Of a stretch of 64,000 bases of DNA, positions 48,339-58,588 are shown in pieces. Numbering within the stretch: the first letter of the stretch is position 1; each line of letters begins with the position of its first letter. Origin of the DNA: an uncultured Alphaproteobacteria bacterium (GTDB lineage Bacteria; Pseudomonadota; Alphaproteobacteria; HIMB59); assembly GCA_902583235.1 (NCBI GenBank), contig CACHVL010000002.1, forward strand, positions 44,435 to 108,434. Direction: 5' to 3'. The translations under genes were made by a program, and so were the position numbers. Under the pieces are notes generated by a model, which worked only from the letters and a program-made list of their open reading frames with translations, did not search any database and was not told the origin of the DNA.

Positions 48339-48862
48339 GTTCTAAAAAAAAATAGGTTTTTATTTTTATATTGTTTTTTTATAATTAGATTATCTAATTC
48401 AATTAAATTATCATTTTCTAATATAATAAGGATATTAGAATTGATCTTATCTAAAATTTTATTTTTTATTAGTTCAAATCTGTGATCATAAGGAGGATCA
48501 AGATAAATTATTTGGCAAGAATTTAAAAAATCTATTTCTTGTTTATATGGATCTATGTTTAATACTTCATAGTTTTCTTCATCAGTATTTTTTATAAACC
48601 TCTCAATCTTGTCGGTATGATTTTTTTCAATATCATTAAATATGACTTTTTTAGCCCCTCTAGATAAAGCTTCTATTCCAATTGAACCTGTGCCTGCAAA
48701 TAAATCGCAAAAAATAACATTATTAAGATTCACATCTAAATTGTTATTATGTAACAATAAGTTAAATATATCCTCCCTTACTCTTGCTAAAGTTGGTCTG
48801 TAATTACTTTTAGATTCTACTAAAATCTTTCTACCCTTGTATTTACCGCTTATAACTCTCAT
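48335..48862 (-). CDS. rsmD: 16S rRNA m2G966 methyltransferase
   Basis: MRVISGKYKGR, RPT...RE..FN, DLFAGTG..G.EALSRGA, DPPY. Confidence 0.92.
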   Translation of the reverse strand: MRVISGKYKGRKILVESKSNYRPTLARVREDIFNLLLHNNNLDVNLNNVIFCDLFAGTGSIGIEALSRGAKKVIFNDIEKNHTDKIERFIKNTDEENYEVLNIDPYKQEIDFLNSCQIIYLDPPYDHRFELIKNKILDKINSNILIILENDNLIELDNLIIKKQYKNKNLFFFRT

Positions 48863-49535
48863 CAACTTGCATTTCTTTATAATTTCCGTACGTGATAGAT
48901 TTCAATAGAAAACGTCCATAAGAAATTCTTTTAAGTTTTTCAACTTTCAAATTAAATAATTTACAGATATTTCGTATCTCTCTATTTTTACCTTCAGTAA
49001 GATCAAATCTCAATACATGTTTATTACTATTAGAATGTAGTAAGTTTACATTTGTTTTTTTATAAATTTCTTTTCCATAAATTTTTTTATTCATAGATTT
49101 AATTTTATTTTCATCAAATGACCCTATTACATTAACCAGATAAGATCTTTTAATATTGGATTTAGGGAGTTCCATATATCTCTTAAAAGAGGTTTCTTTT
49201 GTAAATAATAATAAACCCTCAGAATTATAATCTAATCTACCAATATAGTGATACTGGTGATATTTTTTAGGTAGAAAGTCATAAACAATTTTTCTATCTT
49301 TTTCATCTTTTTTTGAAGTGATACAACCTTTAGGCTTATGAAATAAGAGTATATTTAATTTACTAGATTTTATTTTTTTTATTTCAAAAATATCTTTATC
49401 AGTTACTGATAAAAAAGGTCTTGTCTCAATATCTCCATTTAGTGTAACTTTTTTATTCTTTATTAGAATTTCTGCTTGTTTTCTAGAAATCTTAAATTTT
49501 ATAGATAATTTTTTACTAAATGTTATTTTTTGCAT
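48843..49535 (-). CDS. rRNA pseudouridine synthase (RsuA/RluB family)
   Basis: S4 domain; HKPKG, GRLDYNSEGLL, EGKNREIR. Confidence 0.9.
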   Translation of the reverse strand: MQKITFSKKLSIKFKISRKQAEILIKNKKVTLNGDIETRPFLSVTDKDIFEIKKIKSSKLNILLFHKPKGCITSKKDEKDRKIVYDFLPKKYHQYHYIGRLDYNSEGLLLFTKETSFKRYMELPKSNIKRSYLVNVIGSFDENKIKSMNKKIYGKEIYKKTNVNLLHSNSNKHVLRFDLTEGKNREIRNICKLFNLKVEKLKRISYGRFLLKSITYGNYKEMQVDESYKR

Positions 49536-50223
49536 GATCAGTAAACATCTTGATTATATTTTTATCAAATTCAGTTATTAAAAATTCTGGGTGCCATTGA
49601 ACTCCCATACATAAAGGATGTTCATTATGATGAAAAGCTTCAATTATATTATCAGGTGCATAGGCATCTATTGTTAGCTTTTTCCCGATTTTATTAATTG
49701 CTTGATGATGAGCACTATTTACATAAATTTTTGAACTATCTTTAAATTTTTTTAGCTTTGACACATCGCTTAAAATAATTTCATGACTAGTTTCATTTCT
49801 AGGATTAGGTTGTTCATGTTCAATAAATGAGTCTATATCTTGAATTAAACTTCCACCAAAAAACACATTAAGAAGTTGGCTTCCTCCACATATTCCTAAG
49901 ATAGGTTTATTAAAAGGAAAGTATTTTTCTAATACCTTAAATTCAAAATTCGTTCTACCTTGAATAGTTTGAATTTTGTCTGAATGAATTTTCTCTCCAT
50001 AATGTTTAGGGTCAATATCAAAATCTCCTCCTGAAATAAGTAAACCATCTAAAAAATCAACATTTTCTAATGTTTCTGTTATTGGAAGTATTACAGGCGT
50101 GCATCCAAATTTATAAAGGCAGTCTGAATAATGGCGCCTTAAAGCGAACCATGGATACTTAGAATAAGTGTTTTCTTTTTCCTTATAATCAGTTGTAATA
50201 CCGATGATTGGGAGTCTAGTCAC
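49516..50223 (-). CDS. Peptidase C26 / gamma-glutamyl-gamma-aminobutyrate hydrolase family
   Basis: SGG.FDIDP, GICGG.Q, VNSAHHQ, GVQWHPE; GTG start. Confidence 0.88.
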   Translation of the reverse strand: MTRLPIIGITTDYKEKENTYSKYPWFALRRHYSDCLYKFGCTPVILPITETLENVDFLDGLLISGGDFDIDPKHYGEKIHSDKIQTIQGRTNFEFKVLEKYFPFNKPILGICGGSQLLNVFFGGSLIQDIDSFIEHEQPNPRNETSHEIILSDVSKLKKFKDSSKIYVNSAHHQAINKIGKKLTIDAYAPDNIIEAFHHNEHPLCMGVQWHPEFLITEFDKNIIKMFTDHAKNNI

Positions 50224-50224
50224 A

Positions 50225-50650
50225 ATGAATAATTTAACAAATTTTATACGTCTTGTACTGAGTCAAAGTAAATTAGCTATGGAAAAAGGTGAAATTCCAG
50301 TAGCATCATTGATAGTTGACCCTATAGATGAAAGGGTTATTGCAAGATCTTTTAATCAAGAAATTGCTCTAAATGATCCAACAGCACATGCGGAAATTTT
50401 GAGCATAAGAAAAGCTTGTAAAAAATTAAATCAAAAAAGGTTAGATGGTCTTATCATGATTTGTAATTTAGAGCCTTGTAATATGTGTAAAGAGGTTATT
50501 AAGTCTGCAAGATTGTCTAAAGTCTATTATTTATTTAAAAATGACAATCCTCATCGAAAGACTATATCAACAGTAAAATATAAACGAATTGAAAATAATG
50601 AAGAAAATTTAATTAAAAAATTCTTTAGAAATAAAAGAACTAAAAATTAG
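50225..50650 (+). CDS. tadA: tRNA-specific adenosine deaminase
   Basis: GEIPV, DPTAHAE, LEPCNMC. Confidence 0.85.
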   Translation: MNNLTNFIRLVLSQSKLAMEKGEIPVASLIVDPIDERVIARSFNQEIALNDPTAHAEILSIRKACKKLNQKRLDGLIMICNLEPCNMCKEVIKSARLSKVYYLFKNDNPHRKTISTVKYKRIENNEENLIKKFFRNKRTKN

Positions 50651-51902
50651 CACCAATATCAGATCTATAATATTTTTCAGGCCAGTCAATCATGTCAGCT
50701 ATTTTGTAAACTTTCTTTCTACACTCAAGGTAATCATTACCAGACGCAACAATTGAGAGAACCCTTCCTCCATTAGAAAATATTTTGTTGTCAATTAATT
50801 TAGTTGCAGCATGAAAAATATAAAAGTCATCATTATTTTCAAATTTACTAATATTTCTTATTTCTGTATTTTTTGGATAATTTTTTGGGTATCCTTTGGT
50901 TGCTAAAATTAAACAAATAGATTTTTTATTTTCGTAAAATTCAATTCTAGAATATTTTAAATTTTTTGTTGCGGTTGAATGAAGTAAGGCTAAGAAGTCT
51001 GATTTCACTCTAAGTGAAATACTTTGAATTTCTGGATCTCCAAATCTAGTATTGTATTCAAGTAAATAAGGCTGATTGTATTCATTAACAATTATCCCAA
51101 AAAATATTACTCCTTGGAATGCTATGTTATCATGTTTAAGACCATTAATTGTTTTTTTTACTATTTCTTCTTGAATTATATTGTTTAACTCTTCCTCTAA
51201 AATTGGCGCAGGGCTAATAGTTCCCATTCCTCCAGTATTTGGCCCAGTATCATTGTCCCCAATTCTTTTATAGTCTTGTGCTGAACCAAAATTTAAATAA
51301 TCTTCTCCATCTGTTATTGTAAAAAAACTCAATTCTCTTCCTTCAATGAAATCCTCTATTACTACTTTGTTATTTTCTTGATTAAATTCCTTGTTAATAA
51401 ATACTCTTTCACACGCTTCTATTGCTTCGTTAGTGTCTGCGCAAACAAAAACCCCTTTACCTGCAGCTAAGCCGTCATATTTGACAACAATAGGCCCACT
51501 AAAATTCTCTAAATAATTTTTTGCTTTTTCAAAATCAACAAATGTTTGAGATTTTGCTGTTGCAATATCGTGCGATTGGCAAAACTCTTTCATAAACTCT
51601 TTAGAGGACTCAAGTTTTGCACCTTTCGAGTCAGGTCCAAAAACATTAAGACCATTATTTCTGAGTTCTCCAGCTATATTTTCTGATAAATAGTTTTCTG
51701 GACCTACGACAATAAGGTCGGGTTTAATTTTAATACATTCTCTGATAATATCTTCTTTAGTTGAGATATTTCTACACTCGGCAATTTGACTTATTCCATA
51801 ATTTCCAGGGAAACAAAACACTTTTTCACAAAGATATGACTTATCAAGAATCCTACATAAAGCATGTTCACGTGCACCAGATCCTATAACTATGACATTC
51901 AT
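50640..51902 (-). CDS. purD: Phosphoribosylamine-glycine ligase
   Basis: GSGAREHAL, LESSK, GLAAGKGV, QDYKR, GPNTGGMG, EYNTRFGDPE. Confidence 0.96.
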   Translation of the reverse strand: MNVIVIGSGAREHALCRILDKSYLCEKVFCFPGNYGISQIAECRNISTKEDIIRECIKIKPDLIVVGPENYLSENIAGELRNNGLNVFGPDSKGAKLESSKEFMKEFCQSHDIATAKSQTFVDFEKAKNYLENFSGPIVVKYDGLAAGKGVFVCADTNEAIEACERVFINKEFNQENNKVVIEDFIEGRELSFFTITDGEDYLNFGSAQDYKRIGDNDTGPNTGGMGTISPAPILEEELNNIIQEEIVKKTINGLKHDNIAFQGVIFFGIIVNEYNQPYLLEYNTRFGDPEIQSISLRVKSDFLALLHSTATKNLKYSRIEFYENKKSICLILATKGYPKNYPKNTEIRNISKFENNDDFYIFHAATKLIDNKIFSNGGRVLSIVASGNDYLECRKKVYKIADMIDWPEKYYRSDIGANF

Positions 51903-51932
51903 TTATACAATATAATAAAGTATATTTATTTT

Positions 51933-53270
51933 GTGAATAATATTCCTGAATTCACTGTATCACAACTGAATAGATCAATAAAAGACCTATTAGAAGAAAA
52001 CTTTGCTTATTTAAAGTTAGTTGGTGAGACAGGATCAGTGACTATAGCTGGCTCTGGTCATGTATATTTTTCAATTAAGGAAAATGACGAAGTCATATCA
52101 TGCATATGTTGGAAAGGGAGTTATGAAAATTTACAAATTAAAATTGAAGAGGGGACTGAATATAACTTTTATGGAAGGATAACTTCTTACTCTAAATTTG
52201 GGAGATCTGTTTATCAACTCATTATTGACCAAGTAGAATATAGTGGGACTGGCTCAATATTAAAACTAATCGAAGATAGAAAAAAAGAATTATCTTCGAT
52301 GGGATTTTTTGATGATAATATAAAAAAAAAACTACCCAAGTATCCAAAATTAATTGGTGTATTAACTTCTGCATCTGGTTCAGTAATTCATGATATAATT
52401 CATAGAATTTCTGAAAGATTTCCCATTACACAAATACAGATCTATCCTATTTCTGTTCAAGGTAAAAACTCTCATATTGAAATTATTGATTTTCTAGATT
52501 TGATTGAAAATCATGAGACAAAAGATCTATTAAAGCCTGATTTAATTATATTCGCCAGAGGGGGAGGTTCTTTAGAAGAGTTAATGCCATTTAACGAGCC
52601 AGATTTAATTAAAAGAGTTTTCAATTTAAAAATTCCTAATATCTCAGCTATTGGCCATGAGACTGATTATACCTTATTAGATTATGTCTCAGATTTGCGT
52701 GCACCAACACCCACTGCAGCAGCTGAAATCGCTGTTCCTGATAAAAATCATCTCCTTAATCACATACAGGATTTAAAAGAAAAACTTAATTATTCTATTG
52801 AACAAAGATATATACTCGCCGAGCAACTGTTATTGAAATTTAAAAATTCAGTAAACTATTTTTCAAATAAAGTCAAAGATATTGAGAGCAAATTAAGTAA
52901 AATAAATAATGAAAATTTAGAAATTGTTAGTAATTCATTTTACAGTAAATCAAATTTATTTAATGATCTTTTTATAAGACTGCAAGAAAGTAGTCCTAAA
53001 CAAAAAATATCTGAGATACAAAATAAGATTCAATACATTAATTCTAATAATAAAAATTTTGTCATGAATAAATTAAAAATATTATCTCAAAAATTATATT
53101 TACTTAATAAGATACTTAATACTTCTTCAATAGAGAGAAATCTAAAAAAAGGATATGCAATATTAAAATCAGATAACAAAATTGTTAAAAGTGTTCAATC
53201 TCTTAAAAAATTAGAATTTTTTGATGTTACTTTAAAAGATGGAGTTATAAATATTAAAAAAAAGCTATAA
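51933..53270 (+). CDS. xseA: Exodeoxyribonuclease VII large subunit
   Basis: SGHVYF, ARGGGSLEEL, SAIGHETD, D.RAPTPTAAAE; GTG start at 51933. Confidence 0.95.
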   Translation: MNNIPEFTVSQLNRSIKDLLEENFAYLKLVGETGSVTIAGSGHVYFSIKENDEVISCICWKGSYENLQIKIEEGTEYNFYGRITSYSKFGRSVYQLIIDQVEYSGTGSILKLIEDRKKELSSMGFFDDNIKKKLPKYPKLIGVLTSASGSVIHDIIHRISERFPITQIQIYPISVQGKNSHIEIIDFLDLIENHETKDLLKPDLIIFARGGGSLEELMPFNEPDLIKRVFNLKIPNISAIGHETDYTLLDYVSDLRAPTPTAAAEIAVPDKNHLLNHIQDLKEKLNYSIEQRYILAEQLLLKFKNSVNYFSNKVKDIESKLSKINNENLEIVSNSFYSKSNLFNDLFIRLQESSPKQKISEIQNKIQYINSNNKNFVMNKLKILSQKLYLLNKILNTSSIERNLKKGYAILKSDNKIVKSVQSLKKLEFFDVTLKDGVINIKKKL

Positions 53271-54140
53271 TTTCCATCTTTGATGTACCCATAACCATTG
53301 TGATGGAGAACGCATAATCCACTTCTCAAAATATTTTTTATGGATTATTTCAACTAACTCTTTGGTATCATAGTTTTTATATTGATCATAGTGCATAGGT
53401 TTTTCAACGATCATTTGAAATGTCCCATTTTTATTTCTAATTGAGTATACAGGGCAAATCATCGTTTTGTATTTGATTGCTAAATTAGCAAAACCATCTG
53501 TAGCTAAAGCTTTTCTTTCAAAAAAATCAATTTTTACTCCGCTACTATCTCTTTGATCAATTAAAAGTGCTAAATCTTTATTTTGTTTTAGTGCTTTAAT
53601 CATAGACTTAGCACTCTCAGAACCTTTTTTGTAAAAAAAAGCATTATCATTCTTTCTAGATTTTTGAATATAATTATCAATTTTTTCGTTATTAGCGTGT
53701 CTATAAACTGAGTGTAGAGTAAAGCCGTTTCGTAATATAAAGTTTCTAGTTAGTTCCCAGTTTCCAATGTGTGCAGATATAAAAATTTTTGGACCTTGAT
53801 GAGATTTGATTTCATTAAATATATCCTTATTTTCAATACTAATATTTTCCCAATCAAATTTATTTAAGTTAAAAAATTCAAAAAAAACTTTACCAGTTTC
53901 TTTCAAGTTTTTTTTTACTAAATCTGCACTTGCCTCATTGCTTAAATTTAATACTTCTATATTACGTTTTATTATTTGCTGGTATTTTGAATATTTTCCA
54001 AAAAAACCAACTAAAGTCCCCCCAAAATTTGAGGCAAAATTAAAACTAAATAATCCCATAAAATTTTTAAGGATTAGAAAAATTATAAACTCAAAGTAAT
54101 TTCTAAAAATTTTAAATATATTTTTCAATTTCAGTAGCAA
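53265..54140 (-). CDS. lpxL: Lipid A lauroyl/late acyltransferase
   Basis: AHIGNWE, L.DQ, P.QWLW.H.RWK. Confidence 0.85.
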   Translation of the reverse strand: MLLKLKNIFKIFRNYFEFIIFLILKNFMGLFSFNFASNFGGTLVGFFGKYSKYQQIIKRNIEVLNLSNEASADLVKKNLKETGKVFFEFFNLNKFDWENISIENKDIFNEIKSHQGPKIFISAHIGNWELTRNFILRNGFTLHSVYRHANNEKIDNYIQKSRKNDNAFFYKKGSESAKSMIKALKQNKDLALLIDQRDSSGVKIDFFERKALATDGFANLAIKYKTMICPVYSIRNKNGTFQMIVEKPMHYDQYKNYDTKELVEIIHKKYFEKWIMRSPSQWLWVHQRWKL

Positions 54141-55077
54141 ATTCTATATAATTATCAGATACTATCTCTCCATAAATAATTCCAACAGAGCTTTTAAACT
54201 CATCAGGTATTCTTACATGATCTTTCTCAGTCGTTACTAAAAAAGCATCATTTTTATTAGCTTGATCTAATAATAAAAATATATCATCAATAGTATATTG
54301 ATGATGATCTGGAAATTCTTTTGTTAATACTAAATTTAAATTTTCAGATTTTAATTGATCAAAGAATTTTTTATTAAAACCTAGACCTGCGAAAGCAATT
54401 AATTTTTTTTCTTTGAATTCTGGACTTATTTCAATCTTAAATTTTAAAATATGTTTAAAGTGACTCTCATTTAAATCATTACATTCTTCAGTATTTATTA
54501 AAAAAAATATTTGAGATTTTTTAATTGCATTTTTTACTGACTCCCTCAAAGGCCCTGAAGGGACTAAGAGTCTATTCCCAAATGATTGAATAGAGTCATA
54601 TACATAAATAGATATATTTTTATATACACTATAAGATTGAAGTGCATCGTCTAAAACAAGTATATTTGCTCCATCTTCTTTTGCTGAAAGCATTGCATGA
54701 AATTTATTTTTACTAACCCATGTTGTAAAATAATTTGACATCATTAATGCTTCATCTCCAACAAAATTAAAGTCCATATGAGGTTTTACTTTTATAACTT
54801 CATCAATAGTTGTAGACCCCCCATAACCTCTAGAAATAATATGAGGCTTGTAACCCATTTTTTTTAGTTCTCTACAGATGTATAATACTGATGGCGTTTT
54901 GCCAGAACCACCAATAATAGCACTTCCTACAGCTATCACAGGCAAGTTAATTTTTTGAACTTTTGAAAATTTTCTTTTAATAAAATTCCCAAACGACCAT
55001 ATTATTGATAATGGAGAGAGAAGAAGAGCGTTCAAAGAAATTGATTTTTGATACCAAAATTTAGGAGCTTTTAACAT
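54112..55077 (-). CDS. lpxK: Tetraacyldisaccharide 4'-kinase
   Basis: GGSGKTP, SRGYGG, GDEA, LDD..Q, P.GPLRE, FPDHH, TTEKD. Confidence 0.93.
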   Translation of the reverse strand: MLKAPKFWYQKSISLNALLLSPLSIIWSFGNFIKRKFSKVQKINLPVIAVGSAIIGGSGKTPSVLYICRELKKMGYKPHIISRGYGGSTTIDEVIKVKPHMDFNFVGDEALMMSNYFTTWVSKNKFHAMLSAKEDGANILVLDDALQSYSVYKNISIYVYDSIQSFGNRLLVPSGPLRESVKNAIKKSQIFFLINTEECNDLNESHFKHILKFKIEISPEFKEKKLIAFAGLGFNKKFFDQLKSENLNLVLTKEFPDHHQYTIDDIFLLLDQANKNDAFLVTTEKDHVRIPDEFKSSVGIIYGEIVSDNYIEFATEIEKYI

Positions 55078-56231
55078 TTTTCAATCATTTCAGTGATATT
55101 TTTTAAACTATTTTTATTAGCACTAATAAAATTTTCAATTTCTGTTGAATTATGAAAGTCAACTTTTACCAAATTATTAATTTCGTTACTTATCGAGTCT
55201 AAGTTATCACTATTCATTGTCTTGCAAAGGTTAAGTTTCTCAAGATCAAGGTATATTTCCTCAAAATTATTATTAAAACTTCCCGATAGTACAAAGCATC
55301 CATGCGAAAGAGGTTCTAGTGGATTCTGTCCGCCATGCTCTATCAAAGAACCACCCATAAAAACTATTTTAGAGCGCTCAAATATAGACATACTATCTCC
55401 AAATTTATTATGGATTGTTATTTTTTTTAAATTCTCAGATATAACTTTTTCGTTTAAGTTTTCAAAATATTGAATATGACGAGGTATAATCACAACTTCA
55501 TGTATTTCATTTAAATTTAAACTTTTTATTATATTCAATACTTTATCATATTCAGTTAGATGAATACTTGCAAAACAGACAATCTTTTTTTTGGACTTGG
55601 GTATATTTGTTTGAATATTAAATTTTAAGTTTCCATAAAAATAAACCAATCTTCCAAATATATTACTAATCTTATTCTGATCTTTTTTACTTTGAGCAAA
55701 GATTAAATTATACTGATTCCCAATTATTTTGCTTAATTTTGGATATTTAGACCATCTGACATAACTTTTATCTGAAATTCTACCATTAATTAAAATATTT
55801 TTTAAATTTTTCTGATTTGAAATTAATAACCAATTTGGCCAAATTTCTGAGTCTATCCATAAAATTTTTTTAAAATTAGTTTTTGATAAAAACTTATTTA
55901 CATTCCAAAAAAAATCTAAAGGAAGAAATATACAAAATAGATTAGGATATCTTTTCTTTGATACCTCAAAAGATGATAATGTAGAACATGATAAAACAAT
56001 TTTATTATTATCTAAACAATCTATTAAATATTTAATAGAATTTAATTCACCTATACTAGCAAAATGAATTAAGTAGTCACTTCCTCTAATTTGTTCGTAA
56101 TTTTGATTTGAAAAAACTTTTTGCATATATGATAGATAATTTTCTTTTTTATTATAAATTCTGATGAGACCAATAAATAAAATTATTGGAAATAATATAA
56201 CTTGTAATAATCTATAGCTAAAAATAAGCAT
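55071..56231 (-). CDS. waaA: Kdo transferase
   Basis: H.AS.GE, PLD, SEIWPN, NGRIS, GNLKF, PRH, GGS...GGQNPLEP. Confidence 0.9.
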   Translation of the reverse strand: MLIFSYRLLQVILFPIILFIGLIRIYNKKENYLSYMQKVFSNQNYEQIRGSDYLIHFASIGELNSIKYLIDCLDNNKIVLSCSTLSSFEVSKKRYPNLFCIFLPLDFFWNVNKFLSKTNFKKILWIDSEIWPNWLLISNQKNLKNILINGRISDKSYVRWSKYPKLSKIIGNQYNLIFAQSKKDQNKISNIFGRLVYFYGNLKFNIQTNIPKSKKKIVCFASIHLTEYDKVLNIIKSLNLNEIHEVVIIPRHIQYFENLNEKVISENLKKITIHNKFGDSMSIFERSKIVFMGGSLIEHGGQNPLEPLSHGCFVLSGSFNNNFEEIYLDLEKLNLCKTMNSDNLDSISNEINNLVKVDFHNSTEIENFISANKNSLKNITEMIEKC

Positions 56232-56868
56232 CGATTATTTTTAGATTTTTATTTAAATTTTCTATTATGAATTCATTAAATGAATTTTCATCAAAATGAC
56301 TTGGGTTAATTATTTCTTTCCCCCAAAAATAAATACCTTTGCTGAATGGAAGTGGTATTTTTAATTTATCCCAATTGTTTAAACGAAAAAAACGATTTGT
56401 CTTAAATGTCAATAAAGCAATTTTTAAATCAAATTTTCGAGCTAATTTATAAATATTAGTATTAATTTTATAAGGTGGTCCATGAGGGGCATCTGGAGTT
56501 ATATAAATGCATTCCCCTTTTTTAACTGCCAGTGATATGTCTTTTATTAGAGCTGTTGGCTTGTCTTTTTCACGCAAAAGAGGGTCTAGGCCAAATTTTC
56601 TTTGAACCAAAGTGCTTATTTGACCATCCCTATGAGAGGTTGCAACAGGTCTTAATTTTGGTTTAAATTTCCAACTGAATGTTGAACCCATAAGTTGGTT
56701 ATGCCATATTAGAACAATAATTGACTTATTATTCTCTAATTGTCTCTCTATTGTTTCTTCATTTACCCCCGACCAATTACTTGTTTTTCTAATTAGTGAT
56801 AGAGATAAATAAATTAAATTTACAAAAATAATTTTGAAAAATTTATTCTTAGATAGCTTTTTAAGCAT
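56218..56868 (-). CDS. DUF374/LpxJ-type lipid A acyltransferase
   Basis: WH..L, S.H.DG, ITPD.P.GP, WD...IP.PF; lies between msbA and waaA. Confidence 0.8.
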   Translation of the reverse strand: MLKKLSKNKFFKIIFVNLIYLSLSLIRKTSNWSGVNEETIERQLENNKSIIVLIWHNQLMGSTFSWKFKPKLRPVATSHRDGQISTLVQRKFGLDPLLREKDKPTALIKDISLAVKKGECIYITPDAPHGPPYKINTNIYKLARKFDLKIALLTFKTNRFFRLNNWDKLKIPLPFSKGIYFWGKEIINPSHFDENSFNEFIIENLNKNLKIIDAYF

Positions 56869-58588
56869 TTTTTTTAATCTGTCTTTGATAAAGATTATAG
56901 TAATGTTTTTTCTTTGCCATCAGAGTTTTATGACTACCTTTCTCAATAATTTTGCCATTATCTAAATAGTAAATTTCATCAAAATTTTTGATCGTGCTTA
57001 ATCTGTGTGCAATCACAACCATCGTAATTTTAGGCAAATTATAAAGATTATTGAAAAGTTTAGATTCTGTTTTAAGGTCTAGATTTGAACTCGGTTCGTC
57101 AAGAAGCACAACTGGGCTTTTTTGAGCAAGGGCCCTTGCAATTGAAATTCTTTGTTTTTGTCCACCAGATAACTTAACTCCATTTTCTCCAATTTTTGTA
57201 TTCAATTTAGCAGCCAGTTTATTTGCAAAATCGTTTACACATGCAATGTTAGCAAAATAGTTAACATCAGTTAGTTTAATACTGGAATTATATTTTATAT
57301 TTTCCAAGATAGTTCCATCAAATAGAACTGTGTCTTGGCTAACAAGGCTAAATATATTTCTGAGATTATTTAATTTTAATTTTTTGATATTAGTTTCATT
57401 TATTCTAATTTCACCTCTAGAAATATCAAACAATCTCAAACACAAAGCGGTAAGTGTAGACTTACCACCTCCAGAAGGTCCTACAAGTGCAATTTTTTTA
57501 CCTGCTTTTACCTCAAAATTAACCCCATCTATAATATTTTTGTTTGTGTTTTCATATTTAAAAAAAACATTTTTTAAACTTAATGTATTAAAATTTTTAA
57601 TTGCCTTGGATCCACCAATTGTTTCATTTTTATAATCTATATATTCAAATATTCTAGATGCAGCACCCAGACCACTTTGAAGCAAAACATTCACATTTAT
57701 AAGGTTTTTTAGTGGAGCATATGCTAACATTAAACTAACTAAAAAACTCATTAATTGCCCAGCAGACATATCGTCATTAATTACAAAAACACCCCCACCA
57801 AATATAGCTAAACCAGCTGCCATTGATCCTAGAGTCTCTGTAAAAGGTCTGGATCTGGCAGTAATTTTTTCTTGTTTAAAATTTAATTCCCTTGCATGCT
57901 CAATTTCTTTATTAACTCTTTTAATTTCAAAATTTTCCGCGTTAAAAGATTTAACATTCTTTATACCTCTAAAAACTTCCTCTAAATTTGAAGCCAATGT
58001 CCCAACTTGTTCTTGTAAATTTTTAGTAACTCTTCTAATTTTTTTCCCTAAAACTCTTACAGGAACAATCGCTAATGGAAAGATAACTATTGAAATACAA
58101 GCTAATTTCCAATTTTGATAAATCATGTTTCCAATCAAGACAGTTAAAGTTAAAGAGTCTTTGATTAATGCAGTGTAGGTATTTGCCATTGCTCCACTTA
58201 AGTAATACGTATCTGTTGTAATCCTAGTTATTAAAGATCCTGTTTTATTTTTTATAAAAAAACCGTAATGAACATTTATTATATTTTTAAAAACGTCACG
58301 TCTAAGTTTCTCAATTATCCTGTGACTCATAAATTGAAGAGATGTGATTTGAATATAGGTTACTAATCCTTTTATTATTCCTGTAATTAAAATAGCTATG
58401 GGAATAAAATACAGATAAAATTTATCAGCATTAATCAAAACATTGTCTAAGGCTGGTTTAACTAACCAAGCATGAAAACCTGTGCACAAAGCTGCAATAA
58501 TCATACATAAAACAGCAATGAACATTTTAAATTTAAAATTTAGAAATAATTTAGAGATTCTTATAAAATGTTTTTTAGATTCAGACAT
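56861..58588 (-). CDS. msbA: Lipid A flippase ABC transporter
   Basis: TMD plus NBD; GPSGGGKS, LSGGQKQR, LLDEP, IAHRLSTI; within the lipid A operon. Confidence 0.88.
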   Translation of the reverse strand: MSESKKHFIRISKLFLNFKFKMFIAVLCMIIAALCTGFHAWLVKPALDNVLINADKFYLYFIPIAILITGIIKGLVTYIQITSLQFMSHRIIEKLRRDVFKNIINVHYGFFIKNKTGSLITRITTDTYYLSGAMANTYTALIKDSLTLTVLIGNMIYQNWKLACISIVIFPLAIVPVRVLGKKIRRVTKNLQEQVGTLASNLEEVFRGIKNVKSFNAENFEIKRVNKEIEHARELNFKQEKITARSRPFTETLGSMAAGLAIFGGGVFVINDDMSAGQLMSFLVSLMLAYAPLKNLINVNVLLQSGLGAASRIFEYIDYKNETIGGSKAIKNFNTLSLKNVFFKYENTNKNIIDGVNFEVKAGKKIALVGPSGGGKSTLTALCLRLFDISRGEIRINETNIKKLKLNNLRNIFSLVSQDTVLFDGTILENIKYNSSIKLTDVNYFANIACVNDFANKLAAKLNTKIGENGVKLSGGQKQRISIARALAQKSPVVLLDEPSSNLDLKTESKLFNNLYNLPKITMVVIAHRLSTIKNFDEIYYLDNGKIIEKGSHKTLMAKKKHYYNLYQRQIKKNA

